Positions 1 through 15,299 of a stretch of DNA of 64,000 nt are shown piece by piece. How positions within the stretch are numbered: position 1 is the stretch's first letter; every line of letters begins with the position of its first letter. The notes under the pieces were generated by a model, which ran no database searches, had not been told where the DNA came from, and saw only the letters and a program-made list of their open reading frames with translations. A program made the translations under genes and the position numbers. Source of the stretch: Sphagnum compactum (taxonomy: Eukaryota); the NCBI GenBank assembly GCA_965153455.1, contig OZ234493.1:6314213-6378212 (forward strand), given 5' to 3'.

Positions 1-341
1 GCCACTTTTTGGTGTAATGATCATTCATTATTTTTGTGCATAAAAATATTATGTTACTAGGTTTGTTTTTATCCAATTAAGCTGAATTATTGACTATGAA
101 CTCTAATGGTGTAGGTCCCAAAGCATCCAAGTTTAATGAAGTTTTATGTAAAGACAACAAAGATGAAAAGTAAGTTTACATTTACATCCAAGGAAATTCA
201 AAACCAATGTACTTCAATTTTGCTTATGATACTTTACTTTGAATTCAAATGGTTGTTTATGAATGTAGAGCTTGTATTTTAATCATTATATGGCTATGGC
301 GTGTGTTGTTTATATTGCATTTCAATGATAAGTTAATGACG

Positions 342-540
342 ACATATGTACATTGGTTGTTAATTGCATTATAGTTGCAAACTATATGTACATTGCTTGT
401 TAATTACATTGTTATTGCAAATTATATGTACATTGTTTAGTAGTTGCATTATAATTATAATTTGTGCATACATTGTTTATTAATTACATTATACTTGTAA
501 ACTATATGTACATTGTTGTTAGTTGCATTACAATTGCAAA
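342..540. repeat. Tandem repeat, ~5 diverged copies of a ~40-bp unit (ATATGTACATTGyTkkTAATTGCATTATAGTTGCAAAC-like)
   Basis: TGTACATTG...TTGCA(A) recurs at ~40-bp spacing. The TAGTTGCAA motif continues sporadically to ~2140, like a CACTA subterminal repeat. Confidence 0.75.
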
Positions 541-1058
541 AGACTTCTACTTAAATTTAGAATATGAACATTAAACTATTTTTCACATTACAATGAGGTT
601 TTTCTTACATTGCAAATGTGCAAACATCATTTCACATTTGACAACTATCAAAATATCTCCCAACTTTTGAATAGAAATAAAATGGATCTCTTAGCATTAT
701 ATCTAGCAATACATGTTAGATATGATATTTGATAACAATATTATAAACATGTTTTTAAGTTAGCATTAAAAATACATATTAAATACATACCATTGGAAAG
801 GACCATGAAACACAAAAAATATTCATATGAATATTGTATTTTTCAACATAGAATATTAATGCATACAATTATATTATTGGAATAAGATGTTTGTCATTAT
901 TTATGTAATCTGTTCATGATGCAAAATTATTGGTGCAAATTCTAGTAGGTGCAAAATAATACCATCCATAAATGAACATAAGTTGCAAAATAGTTCCATC
1001 AACAAATTGATAAGTTATGATTTATAATGACATTAATTGAATTCAAGTTATAACATAA

Positions 1059-1672
1059 TGTTATGGGCATGAAAAGAATTAAACATTAAGATTTTCAAAC
1101 CACATGAATGAAAGTAGGCCTAATTCTAAATTTAAGTAATGGAATAATAAAATCAAAAGCAAAAACATGATGTGTGCATGATGTGAATGCAAAAGGACTT
1201 TATTACAAAAACATGACAAGAACAAAATAAAATCATGACAAATATACATGCCAAAAATTAATGTTGAGCAAACAAAAAGTAATGTGGAATTCTACCTTTA
1301 TTTATACCTATTGGGCACCTAGTTCAATGAAGTTTTTCAAAAAACTTCCAACATGCATGTGACCCATGTTCATTCATATGTGACCCATGTGCACCCATGT
1401 GTGGCCAATGTCTATCCATGTGGGAACTAATAGTGAACTATGAATTAACTAAAAGTGAATTGAGATTTAACTATGAATAAATTGAAAGTCAATTGGAAGT
1501 GAACTAAACAATAACTACAAGTGAACTAATAGTTAACTAGAAGCTAATAGAGGGTTAACTAAAAATTAACTAAGAGTGAATTGAAATTAAAATATAAGTT
1601 AGGTACAAGTTATTTACGAGTCATGGATGAACATTCATATGAATGAACTTCACAGTGTTGGCATCCGTGACA
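1059..1672. mobile_element. Solo LTR, copy 1 of the family also found at 58413-59139
   Basis: TGTTATGGGC...GCATCCGTGACA termini (TG...CA), flanked by CATAA/CATAG (4/5 TSD). Shares the TTCTACCT.TATTTATACCC..TTGGGCAC.TAG block and AAGTGAACTAA mini-repeats with 58413-59139. Confidence 0.8.
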
Positions 1673-3349
1673 CATAGTAACATTGGCAAAATCCATTAGT
1701 CATAAAACAATATTTTGGCAATGCATTAGATGCAATGGACATCAATAGATTTCATTTGTCAATGGATGAATGAAAAACAACACAAGCATTACATTTGTCC
1801 ATGGGCATTTACACGAAAAACTAACATGAACATAAAGTTGTAAAATAGTTGTAAGTTAGTTGCAAAGGACATAAACAAACTTCATTCATCAACGAATGAA
1901 TGAAAAGTCACACAAACATTCCATTGATTTATGATCTTTTTTGCAAAAAGTGAGATGAACAACTATTTGTAAAGTAGTTGCACAAAATTCTATATTTTTT
2001 CCTAACATATGTTTACATATATATTTTTGATGTGACTAATGCAACTACCACAACTCATGTGATAGCACTAATGTCATAGAAATACCTTGGATTGCAAATG
2101 ATCGCTAAAATTTTAATATCAGGTTACAAGCCTAGTTGCAAAACACCTGATTTTCTCATATTGAACAAATTTCATTCCAAGGGGAAAATAATCACCAAAC
2201 TCAAACCTTATAGTTTCATCCACAAATTTTGATTCCCCCTCATCATACTTGTTTTGAATATTTTTGGGTGATGAGGTCCATGAGTATTTTTTCGTGCTTT
2301 TCCTTGAAGGTTTTCTCCCTTTTTGGTTTTCTTTCTTTTTACTGTGTTGTGGAGTTCTCAACATGAATTATAATTGTCATTAATTGCAGTTGATTTGTTT
2401 TTTTTTTCCACCATGATGATTATTGATGAACAAACAAACATTGTTGAAAATAATAAAAACATGTTCATTAGTTCATAGCTTAACATATTTTATTGTTGAC
2501 ACACAAAATCCTTCTGCAACATTTGCATCACCATTCATTTCATCATCTATGAATCCTATGTCACATAGCAATTTGATAATTCCATTATTCATTGAATTGT
2601 TGAGAAGCACTAACACCTTTGTGGAATCCTCTTTAAACTCCAACATACTTTCAATGGACAACCATTTCACAAACTCATCATTCTCATTCAACATAAATTG
2701 GAATTGAAACTTTGGTTACAATCTTAAAACTCAATTGTAATGTAACTAGTAAAAATTCCCTAAAATTTGTAAAAACTCCTTAATTTATGGTCACTCGGAA
2801 CAATGTAATGAAAAACACAAAAAAAAGAAAAAGAAAAAGAAAAACAAGCACATGAAAAAACCTCGTTGTGAATCATCTTCCCGCAAAGGGAAATGAAAGA
2901 CAAAAAAACAAAACAAAACTTGGAAACTAGAGCACGAGAGAAAAATAATAAGACATTAAATAAGAATGAGTTAAAACTTTAAAAACACCATTTTTTTGAA
3001 ACCCTAATAAATGTGGGGTTTTTTTTTTTTTTTTCAAATAAGGACACTCTCTACATGGATAAAAACATGGGAGATAAGAAAAAAATCTATTTTATCTTGA
3101 ATATTCTAGGTATTTTTTATTTTTTAAAAAATCCATCTACTCAGGTTAGTATTTCAATTTTCTTTCATAGATTTTTGTTTTTTCAAAAAATTAATTCATA
3201 AAATCATTTTTGAAAATAATAATTAATGTCCAAGCTACCATTGATATGTGTTTCACAAGTAAATACTTGTATTTTATTTTTAGTTTATAAGTGGATTTGG
3301 CTAAATTATCATTGAATTGATGACCACACAATTTTCTACAACTTCCATT

Positions 3350-6300
3350 AGATGATTTTCACTAAATTGTTTACAAACATAAATTTATTACAAATACAGT
3401 GTTGGCAAGGTATTGCAATTTGTTGTCATATGACATATATTTTTTGCATGTGTCACATGTCGTGTCGTATGTCATGTCACATGTGGGGTATGGTTGGCAT
3501 CCTAAGTTGTTTCGTTTGTCTTTCAATAACGTATGTCATTTTGAGATGCATCCAAGGTTTTTCTTTTGTTTTCATGTACAAGGTGTTGGCTTATTAATAA
3601 AGCTCCTCCTCCATTGTTGTTATTTTGCAAAACATGGCACACTTCGGGTTTAAGGGTTCAAGTTTTAGGTTTAGGTTTAAGGTTTAGGGATCTTGCATAT
3701 TTGTTGTCTACAATGTCATGTATGATATAGGTTCAATGCAAATGCTTGTTTGTTGTGTGTATAATATATATTGTAATATATGAAAATTTATTGATTTTAG
3801 TTTTGTATTTATGTTTATACATACATACATAAATATTGACATAAATTCTTGTGTATATATATTTTTCATGACATAATAATTATATAAGTACATTTGTTGT
3901 TTGATGTTTAATGTTTGTTTAACGATGTAAAATCCATTATTTGTTGTTTATTTTGCCTTTAAGATTTCATGCATGCAAACAAATTATGGACAATAATTTG
4001 GATGACATGCAAAATCCAAGTTCAAATCAAATAATGAATTTTTTTAGATTTTTCATTTTTCATTATTTTCTATACTTATATTGAACATGTGTGTAATTCT
4101 TCATTCATGACATGTTGTAATAGTTTTTCATTTGTTTATTTCAAGTTAGTTGTCATGTATTGTTTTGGTATTGAATCATCAAGTTAAACATCATATTTAC
4201 AATTTAATATATACATTCTTAAATATTGTAATTATCACATAAGTTTTAATGTGTGTGTCATAAAATTCAATAATTCAATGTGTTGTGAAGTTTCAATTTA
4301 TTCTGAAAAATAAATAAATGGTTATGTCCCAAAATGGCTTTTATGGCCCTATTTGAACCTTACTATTATGAACTATATAATTACTCATATATTCATATTG
4401 TAATGTCAAGCTCTCAACTAGGTTATTAGATGAACAGAAATGTGAAATTAATAATTCATTTTTTTAATTTCAAGCATAATTTGTATATGGAGATTTTCAT
4501 TCCAAAACATGAATTTTTTTTTGGTGAGGAATTGTTGAAACAGTTAAATCAAAATAAAATTTACTTTATATTCTATATTAAAAATTAAGGAAATTAAAAT
4601 TTTAACAATAAAAATATAAACTATATTATCCTCAATAATAATTTCATTAAATTTTTTTGACAAGAAACATTTTCCAATAAAACTGCAATACTTATTTGCT
4701 ATATTTAAGGTGCATGAAGATTACATTCATGACATTTTTCATTTTTTTTAATTTCAGTGAACTATTTTATATTATTCTCATTATTGAATCATCGAATAAA
4801 TATCATTATTATAATCTACTATAATATTGATTATTATGACTTCAGTTTTCTTTGTGTGATGTACAAATATAAATAATTCAATGTGTTGCGAAGTTCCATC
4901 TATGATCAACGGAAATTTTGGTTAATTATGGAACTTTAGTACAATGTTGAAAAATGTAACCATTATTGAACAATGTAAATTGAAAGTTGGAAAATAGGGC
5001 TTTAAAAAAAATTATCGGCCAACAAAGAATGTTTAATCTCATTACTAGATTAATATCCAACACAAAAATGTTCACACATCAATGTTTTAACTAAAATGAA
5101 TATTTTCTCAATATTTAATTATTTAAAAAATTTAAAAATTGTTTAACAAGTCTACATTTGTGTTTTACATTGTTGCATCATTCACACCACATTGTTTTTT
5201 TTGTGTTAAATTGTTTAAGAATTTAAATATGACTATATAAAAACTTCAAAACATGCAACTTTTCAATTGGACTATAAATTTATTCCCTTTTTTTTAAATG
5301 GATAAGTTAAATTAAAACAATTCCATACAATATGAATCAATGTTCTACAATTTTCCTAAACCATAAATTTAAGGTTGGCCCAATCGATGGCACCCATTTC
5401 ATTTTGCTTCCAAATTTATTATTTGTTAATGGTGAATTTGTTTCAATATTTTGTTACTAAGTTAAGTGACTTGTTTCCCCAACATTGGTTTGTCCATTAA
5501 AGTGCCCTCAATTGTTGGAATTGGCTTGTCTGTTGGCATTGACTTGCTTTTATTAAAAATTCCATTTCAAATAATTTAATTCAAATTTTTCTATCAAAAA
5601 ATATGGTAAAGGTTTTTAGAAAAATGTCCATGTTGTAATAAGGTGCATTCTTTTTATATTAAAAGGCCAACATTCCTCATGTAAAAATTGGTTGATTTTT
5701 CATCGTTTCAATTCATAAATTAAATTGGACCTATTGAAATTTTTGGTTTAACTTGCACATAATTTGACACAATATAATTCTTTCAATTTTTTTATAATTA
5801 CAAAAAATTTCAAAATAATCTATTGAGTACAAAATAGTACCCAAAAACATGTAATTTGTAATTTGCAATGCAATGTGCTTTCATTGCTTCATGGATTGTT
5901 TCAAGGTTTTCAAAAAGAAATTTGAACCATACATATATGGCGACATTTCGTTAAATATACCTTTACACATCCCTATTATAAATAATATTATTGTACCATT
6001 TATTGGACCATAAGAATTAACACATTTCTAATATTAATTATGAATTTTAAAATATGAACCCTATCAAATCTTTTTACAATATAACCATATATTATTCATG
6101 GTCAATCATATTTGGCCACATCACTTTGATTCAGCTACCCATTTTTTATACATTTGTCTGGGACACACAATGGTTAGTTGTTGAAATTTCTTGGACGTTA
6201 TTTTTAATGTGTCCTAGTCATAGATGATACAATTTGGGATAATGGGAGGTCATCTATCATCTCATCATCCAAACTATTTGTTGCATCATCAAGTTCCATT

Positions 6301-9300
6301 TATTCATTTTTTATGGTGAAATTTGTCCAACCATCTTGCATACACATTTACTGATTACATAAAAACAACATTGGATGGAGGAATTGTGCACATTTGTCAC
6401 AAGATTAAATTTTCAACAATAAGTTTGATCGCATGATGGCTCTTTCATACAATTGAACAACAACAAACACGAAATAAGTAGGAGTTGAAAATGGGTCTTG
6501 GCAAGGTGAAATAGATAATTTATACTCCTTGTCACAAAAAAAGGAAACCATAAACAAGTTTTGATGTATTGAAAGTAGATTTTTTTAATTTAATATTCAA
6601 CACAAGGATAATATTTAATTTTATCACAATGATGTTGATTAATCACATATTTAATATGCATTCAAGTAGATTTAAAAATAATAATTGTACTTTTTTCCTT
6701 ACTTTTTAGGTTGTCCAAACTTGTACAAGTAGGTGAAAATAGATGAATTATTGAATATTCTCCATTTTCAACATGACATAGCTTTAAAATGTACTTGTAA
6801 GTTCTCAACATTTAAATGTTATAGTAAAATACAACAAATTTCTACTAGAGAAGTTTGTTTAAACTCAATTTGACCAATCATTTTCAAACATACTTGTTAT
6901 TTACTTGTATTAGATTTTATAATCACCTCACTATCAAATCAAAGAAAAAAACCATGCTTTTATTATGTTATTTTAAATTATTTTCAATCTACTTTCTTCT
7001 ACTTATGTCAAAAACTGGACCATTTTTTGATTTTTTTTTTAACAACTTTTTATGTATACTTTACCATGCTTTCACCCGGACACCATTTTGAGCATGGTAG
7101 TCTTCATCAATATTCCAACATGTGTCCACTAACATGGACATTCCAAAATAACATCATTGTAGTTGATGGTTTGCTTGTTTCAATGTTGCTTAGGGAAATT
7201 TTTAAGACCAATTCCCCTATTTTCCATGGTGAATTTAATATTGGATTACTAATGTAGATAATTTTTTTGTCCCAAAAAGAGAATAAATTCAATATATAAT
7301 ATGATAATTAGTATTGCATACTAATTAATGCCTAGCTACCTTATTCTACATGGACTTTCAACATTTAAATTCTAATATTTAATGAACTTCATTTAAATAT
7401 ATGGTTTAATAAGGTGTTGAATGTTTACCATATCATCATCAAGAACTTTTGTTGCATTAAGTTCCATCATACGAGAGTTCATGTCAATGCTTTTATTTGG
7501 TCTTAATGGCATTTACATTGTGCACCATCCCCACCACCTCTATACTAACAAGTACTTGAACTTCAAACATAAAAGTAATGGTGATAATGAACACAACATG
7601 GTCCCCTAACTTTAACTTGATAACTTTTTGCATTTTTGGCTAGTTAATGAAACTCACTACATCCTTCACATTGGAACCAACATATGTTCATCTTTGGTTA
7701 TAATGGAACCATGAATCACAAAAGAAGACAAATTGTGAAGTGATGATGAAAATTTTAAAAGTTATGAATCAACATTATTTTAATCCCAGTCACTTGGGTT
7801 GTTTACCTAGTTGTGTGCTTCTATGTTGGTGCATACCGCCATCATTGTCACACAACATACAATCACATAACAAAGAACTCACCCCAATTGTTACACAATA
7901 TCCAAACTTCAAAAAGAACTCAACTATAACAACACATGAATCTAAGCCCAAAACATAGAAACAACAACACAAACACCATGTATCGTAAAAAAAACTACAT
8001 AAACACAAGACAACTTGCAAAGTATAAACACACTATGTTTTAGAATCTCAAATCACCAAAGTGATTTGAGATTTCAAAAACTTGAGCTAATATACCCAAA
8101 CACCAAAATAGCTTGAATTGTGTTCACACTTGAATTGGTTCCAAGTTAAAACACAATTAATTATGCTAACCCAATGTATCATTTAACTAATTGTGACTTA
8201 ATTAAGTAGCTAAACTAATATTCTTAACAACCTCACCTATTCAACATTATAAGTTTAAATTTTTAGTTCAATTAATTTTAAATACATTAATGGTCATTGA
8301 TTCATATGTAATTACAACATGCAGGTCATCTTTCTCATTTTGAATTTGAATTATAGGCCAAAAAATTTCACCCTCACATACATGTTCTTTTGCAAATGCT
8401 CTTTCCTCATTCATTTCACCTTCAAAACAACTATGGTCATAGTTATCAAGCTATCTAACAAATCATAATGGAAGTGCATAACTTTGATATTCCATGGTCC
8501 TATTCACAATCTGATCAAAGGTGTCATACATACCTATTGAACACCTTTGCTTCAAATGCAACATCTTCAATTCCAAATCTAAATCATCCACTTCAACAAC
8601 TAATCTACCTTTTTTCATTGTAACAATAGTCAACATTATGCAAAACAAAAGAAATTAAAACTCACCATAATAGATTTGAGAACAAATAATGTTAAATGTT
8701 TATGGTGTCGCATGCATAATGTCTTGTTGTAGTAATTTTGTGATTTTGAATAAGAAACTTACAATTGGCACCACAAGGTAGCTAAATGTATCCACATGGA
8801 AAATAATAATAAACTCTCATGGATTTCAAAAGCTTTTAGACACTTTATTGTTTATGACAATGTGAGGCTTTTGAATGAAAGCAATTCAAGCTTCTAATGG
8901 TTCAAAACAAGCAATTAAAGTTGTAGTGCTATCATGTCTACCATAGTGCATGATTGGAAAATGTGATGTATTACTTCGTGTGTTTAGTCTCATGTGATGA
9001 ATGTGCAAATTTTGGAGACCCAATGTTGACTCAACATGTTGACTTGAACACCTTTGCTTCAAACGTAACATGTTTAATCCAATTTTCTTTTCCCCACAAA
9101 AATGTTTATGGCACCGCATGCACATGTTGTATCAATTTTATTATTTTCACTAAAAAACCTAGGGTTGTAACCACAAGGTAGTTAAGTGTATCCATGTGGA
9201 AAAAGTGCATTTAGATTGGACCATGTTATTATTCCTTGGAATGTTAGATTTTTGTGTTTGGTTACTAAGAGACAATGTACACAAAAAGGATATGTAATAC

Positions 9301-11400
9301 AAAGAGTTCACCTTCTAACACAACACCTCCTATTGACAAGGAATTTAATGTTAATCAACCATTGTGGATTCCTAAGAGCTTACAAATGAACAACAAACAT
9401 TCACAAATTATTTTCAAATGCCATTGCCATGGACCTATGTTTTGGCAAATATGAATTTCAATTAGCAATAAAGTTTCCTTAATGTTTCTTCCATAAGTGT
9501 TTCAAATTTGACCAAAAAACATTTCTCTTCAATTAGATTGGCTTAAAAAGATGTCCTAATTTGATCATTTCCACTATCTAAATCTTCATCATGGAAAACA
9601 TGAGATGGAGGTGAGTGTCAATATGTAGTTGAAGAAATCAAGCTAGAGTAGCTTCATTCATGAAGGTTTACTTTTGCCACATTTTTGTGTTGAGCTATAT
9701 AAAGCATGTTGTGGTAGTAATTAAATGTGATTCAAAAGGTGCATAAGTAAATTTGCCAAACAAACGTTGGTTAATAATTGTAACAATCAATCAAATATTA
9801 TTGGAGGGGCTTTTGAATTTTAACTGTGTAATACAATTTCTTCGAATATATTTCCCAAACTTAGTGATGCTCTTATTTTCCTTAATAAAATTGGCCTTAA
9901 AATGATGCCATAATTTAACATTTCCACTATTTAAATCCTTGATAGCTTAATATGGAGGTTGGTTTTCGTATTCTTCAAAAGGGAACCTCTTTTTGAATTG
10001 AGGAGGTAAGTGATCATTAACAAGGTTTTAAATACTTTGAAATGGTTTGCATATAATGTTTCAAAAATTATTGATTGATATTGAAAGATGGAAAAAGGAA
10101 GGAAACAATTTTTTTTCCCCTGAACCTATCATTTCAAATTCAATCATAGGTAAAAGAAAATGCATAAATTGTTATTGATCTATATTCCAATTTTAAATTA
10201 TAATGTTTAAGAAATAATCTCAAATTTGACACATTCAAAAAGTAAAAATAATAATAATGACATAAAGGGTCATTATCAATATAAGTTTTAAAAAGATACA
10301 TCAATTCAATAATCCAATATTATTCAAGTTTGATAATTCAAATCGCATCCCCAACTCTTGCCTCTTTAGTGTTTATTAATTGTCACCAGTGTTACACTAG
10401 GGGATCACTAATGTCATTGAAATTGTAATCCATTTGTCACATGTCATTGAAGCCTTATCACATCCTCCATGATGACAACATGGTTGGTTCTTTAACAATA
10501 TGAAACATGCATGGTGTTTTTTTTTCCTCAAACAATTGGAAAGCTTGTTGGTTAGAATGAAAATTTCAAAATTCAAGTGCCCATCATATTGTAATGGGGA
10601 TAGTTATTATATTCGGAACATGATGACATTTTTCTCATGCATAAATTTCATGAACATGGCTTGTTAATATGTTAAATATTGAATAAAAAATGAAACCATA
10701 CACAAAAAAACTTGGCAAGAACATATTATAATTAGAATTGTTACAATAATAATATATTAAAATAATATTCTCATAAATTTGTCATTTTCAAATCATTTTG
10801 AGTCATTTTTAAAGTCCTATAAAAAGTGAAAACCAAACATCATGGTACAAGTGTTTTTGGGTATTCCATGATACTCATTAGATTTATTTCAATTTTGGCC
10901 ACATTTTGTTCCCATTTTAATAGACATGTTGCAAAATTCTTTCCATCACCTTATTTGGAGCCTAAATTATAATGAATAGATTTCCTTAGATATATTCAAA
11001 TTTTAATGTGAAGTTTTCTACCCTTAGATTAAGTCAACACATGAAATGTGAAATTAATAAATGATGGGAAAAAATTGTATCTTAAGCATTGTATATCTAA
11101 ACTTCATTCAATGAACTTAAACAATTTTCCTTTGTGGGGAATTATTGACCCCTTCAAAGCAAAATCAATTAGGTTATATTATATATAATATCAAACAAGC
11201 TTGATTACAAAATTGTAATAAGTTTTTCACAATAATAGTTTAACTTTTTTTTTACTTCGATCGAGAAAGTCTCCCAATAAAATTTCAATAGTATAATATT
11301 ATTAGTGTGAATGAATCTCCTCCACAATATAGACAATGTTTTGACACACACTTTATTTACATATGATTATTACTAGTGTAGCTTGTGTTGGTGGCCAAAG
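3350..11400. mobile_element. Heavily decayed AT-rich transposon remnants, family unassigned; includes an internal duplication (~8540-8810 vs ~9047-9203)
   Basis: No intact ORF; strong CpG depletion. Duplicated blocks ACACCTTTGCTTCAAA.G.AACAT and AATGTTTATGG...CCACAAGGTAG.TAA.TGTATCCA..TGGAAAA. Confidence 0.35.
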
Positions 11401-12147
11401 TGTGAGCACAATTTTTACACATTTTCAGAATTGAAAATTTCAAAATTCAGCAATGTGAACACATTGAGGGCTGAATTTCAAAGACTCCAATTGTTTTAAA
11501 ACTTGATTATTTATCTTTTTGATTTTATTCATCCAAGCATGAAGCAATTATTATTAATTTGAAATATATTAACTTGGAATAGAGGTAATCAAAGGTACAT
11601 ATAAAGTTTTAATTGCACCTTCTTCATTCTTTTATTGAGTAATGGTTTTATGTTTAAATTTGTATCTAGTTTATAATAGTTGCATGTTGTGCAAAATAAA
11701 TTGTATTCCCTCATACTTCTCTCTCTTGAAGGAAATTTGAGTGCTTATCTTGTTTTTAATTTATTCTAAATCCTTTCCCCTTTGTCTCGTTTTAACCTTA
11801 ATCATAAGCTCAAAGCTAAAGGCACAACATAACGCACATTGAGGAAAAAAAAAATGCAAGTGTCGAAAAAAAATATGTTAAACAAATGTTATCACAAACG
11901 AACCTAATGCATACCTTACAACTTTAACAACCTCCATATGTGAATATGATTAATTTTAACTAGGTCTAGTAGATATGATTTAGCCCTAATTACCAACATG
12001 CCAATGTTTGGTGTGAATAATCCCCTTTGTGGGTAGCCACCATCATGCTTGATGGTAGTCTAGAGAGGTAAGACCTATCACCTTTTAAGAAGTTGAGTCA
12101 ATGTTAGGCAACTTATCAATAGGGTTTCTAACAACAACAAGTGTGAA

Positions 12148-12301
12148 CACTACTACAAAATGTGGGTGCAGTTCATTAGTCCCCGTTCACTACAACTAGT
12201 GAATTCACTGTTTCTTCACTCGTCCCCGTTCACTACAACTAGTGAATTCACTCAAATCCAGTGAAATCACTTGGTGTACAGGGACACCTTTTGTTGTAGT
12301 G
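12148..12301. mobile_element. 154-bp non-autonomous mini-CACTA element
   Basis: Left TIR CACTACTACAAAA and right TIR TTTTGTTGTAGTG (12/13 match), with a perfect 3-bp TSD GAA (12145-12147 and 12302-12304). Internal direct repeat GTCCCCGTTCACTACAACTAGTGAATTCACT occurs twice. Confidence 0.85.
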
Positions 12302-14679
12302 GAATGTTGCTTAAGTAGATAGAATTTCCCTCCAACACTTAAGGAGTAAGTGTACACAAGCAAGCCCCTCTTGTTTCTAGGAGAGAGATTGATGGATATA
12401 AGGTGCCCTCCCTCCAAAGGCACTTGGGAAGTTGATCCAAATACTTGCTTTTATATCCTTATTATTTCCAATCCAAGCTTGATGTGTGAGAGAGTGAGCA
12501 AACCCTAAGTACCAAAGGCTTATTTCACAAAGGAAATCTGTCATCACAAAGCTGGTGTGGTGTGTGGTGTGCAATCAAGTGCAATAGTTGAGACTGGCAT
12601 AATAATAATACCATCCTTTCACATGCTGTGACATGATTTGGGAAGAAAGGACACATATGTATGTTCCCCCTCCCAACTCCTCCTCCTCCAAGCTTATGGA
12701 AATTTGTCCATATCCAAGGTGTAGGTAAATCCTGTGTAGTAGTAGTACCCCAAAAAAAAAAGGGTTGTTCATCATGCTCTACAACTAAAACATGTTACCT
12801 ACTTTGTGCATTTGGGTGGGACAGGATGATGATGCATGCATGCTATGGGACCACCAGTGCACCATGAAGGATGAATGATAAAGTGATCAGGAAACAGTTT
12901 TCTGTTGGGTTTTTTCATTCCCCTAGCTAACCAACCATCATGGTTAGCTCAGTTGCTTTAACCACAAGCAGGTTATTAATTAGTAGGTAGGTAATAAAAA
13001 ACAAACCCTTCCATATGTATAAACCATCATCTACTTAAAACCCAATAGTTACTATTTTTCTTACCGACTTACCTATGTATGTATGTGACCAAGGTATTTC
13101 CTACAGAATTGGTTACCAAGGTGAAACCAAATATTAACTCAGTTGATGTTCATCCACAACTGAGTAATAATGGGCATCCAGTGGATGGTGCACTGGTGGG
13201 TGCTGGTTCATTGTGGCCCTTCCTTCCCCCTCATATGGGCTTTTTTCCTTCATTGCGGATGAGTGATGAGTCCGTGCAAATGGTGCAAATGGTCCACCTA
13301 TTTGTTCTTGAAGGTGGTAGAAGCTGCATCTCAAAGCCTTGGTATAAAATGATGAGTTGGGAGCAAGAAGACCCTGATTGGGTAGGTAAGACTCTAGAAT
13401 CTAGAATTTACATATAGAGAGACAAGCTGTGGAGGTAACAACTCTCATGGGCTCTATGATCTATCATTGTTGGCCCCATCCATCCATCCATCCATCCAGT
13501 GTACCATATGGGCGTATGAAGAAACAAAAGCCAAAATTTTACCACCATTGAATTTACTCTGCCATAATCTCAAAGCATACCATAGTTGAATCGCATGTTC
13601 GCCAAGTCTATGCTGAACAATTAATTTTATTTTTTGAAAATTCCCATTATTTTAAAAAAGGAATATTCCCTCGTATCGCAAAAGATGCTTCATTTTTTCC
13701 TTCACAAACAAATTTTCTTGGAGATTTTATTTTATTTATTTTATTTTATTTTATTTATTTGTGTTTTGCAAAAAATGATGTAGTATTTGTCAAACCTGCA
13801 ATTCAACTAGGGTACAACTCTTCATCAACTGCGGTAACAAGAGACACTAAGCCTTCTTGAGGGTTGTTGTAATTCGTTGTTGGGTCATGAATTTGTTCAT
13901 AAGGGAGTTTGGTATGTAGACAAATGTGAGATGGATAGATAAAAAGCATTAATGGATGAAAAATGTTAAAACCATGATGAAAAAAACTATCAAATGTACT
14001 CCAATAATGTCTTATATGATTGATTGAAAATAATAGGAAGTAAAAATTTCAAGCCAAAAAAAAAAAAAAAAAAAAAAAAAGAAGGAAAAAGGTAATCCCT
14101 GGGCAATTCCATCGCAAGTTACATAAAAAAATAAATAAATTTGGTTAAAAATCAAAATTGCTGAAAAATATTATGTGCAATTTGATTGATGAAAACTATC
14201 ATATGTTCTCCTTCTGTAATATATCATTGAATGACAAATAGTTACAAACCTTTCAAGCAAAACAATCAACACTCATTTGCATATATATATATACTGACTC
14301 TACCCTCGAGGTCAGGTTCAAAGTTCAAACAAAATCATGAAAGCTTATGTAACCATCTAAAATGATTACATAAATTAAATTGCAAATTGAATTTGATTCT
14401 AAAACAAAGAAACCTAAAAAATACAACTAGGTCTCCAAGTACCCTAGTACCTTGGCTAGTTCGACATTATTAATTATATTATTTTCAGAAATGTTGAAAT
14501 TTTCAAAAAATTATTTCTTCCAAATCAAAAAATATTGTGAAGGAAAATAGAGGATATTTAAGAATATTCCATTTGTTGAAAATGAATGTTTCAAAAATAA
14601 TTAATTATTCGACGGAGAGGGTGTTGAAATGGCCAAGGCACTATGGAAATTCTATTCCTAAAATTGGCTGCCACTATTT

Positions 14680-15070
14680 TTTGGCCGGGAGTAATTAGTT
14701 GGGGGTGCCTCACAAGTCCAACTTTTTTTTTGGTTGCAAGGAGACAATTTGATTGGCCCATCACAAAAAAAAAGTTGAAACTATGGGAAGATTGGAGTGC
14801 TATGTCCTTTGGCCCACCTATATAGGTGAGAAGGGAGGGACTTTGGGCATAACATATGGGGTTAAAGCCAGGTGCTATTGGGAACACACTTGAGAACCTA
14901 GGGAACATATTGGGAACCCATTGGGAGCTTCAAGGGAACATGTTGGGAACAAAGGAAAAATGAAAAAAATCCTCCCCCCCCCCCCACCACCCCAAAACCA
15001 AAACTTAAAAGAAAAAAAATCAAGGCACTTTGAGTGCATGCTGAGCCTTCTCATTGGCTGCATGAAATGA
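14680..15070. repeat. Dispersed repeat / non-autonomous TE with TTGGGAAC mini-repeats
   Basis: Repeated TTGGGAAC motifs. An inverted related fragment lies at ~56965-57030 (TTGTTCCCAATAGCACC...TGCTCAAAGT vs ACTTTGGGCA...GGTGCTATTGGGAAC). Confidence 0.6.
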
Positions 15071-15299
15071 AATTATCTGTGGAAGATGTCTAGAGATTTT
15101 CAGCCTGAAATGGGTTTGCCAGAATTCCATTCAAGTGACATGAAGCTGCTCAAGTTGAGCACATGATTCCAAAATTGTTTTGATCAAATTGAAAATGTAG
15201 CGGCTTGGTGATGGAGGGAGCTCCTTGAGCACACTTGGTTTTACACTCCAAACAAAAAATTTGCAATACCCGCATCAACTTAAGATACCATGCAAACAT

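Larger units (their letters stand above)
342..2163. mobile_element. Right part of a degenerate non-autonomous CACTA-like element (left end not located)
   Basis: Ends in TTTTCTCATATTG (reverse complement CAATATGAGAAAA, resembling a CACTA(C/T)AAGAAAA TIR), preceded by repeated TAGTTGCAA subterminal motifs. Confidence 0.4.

Noticed and set aside
13079..13417. 112-aa ORF MYVTKVFPTELVTKVKPNINSV...
   Set aside because: No recognisable domain or splice structure; appears to span a repeat-derived segment.
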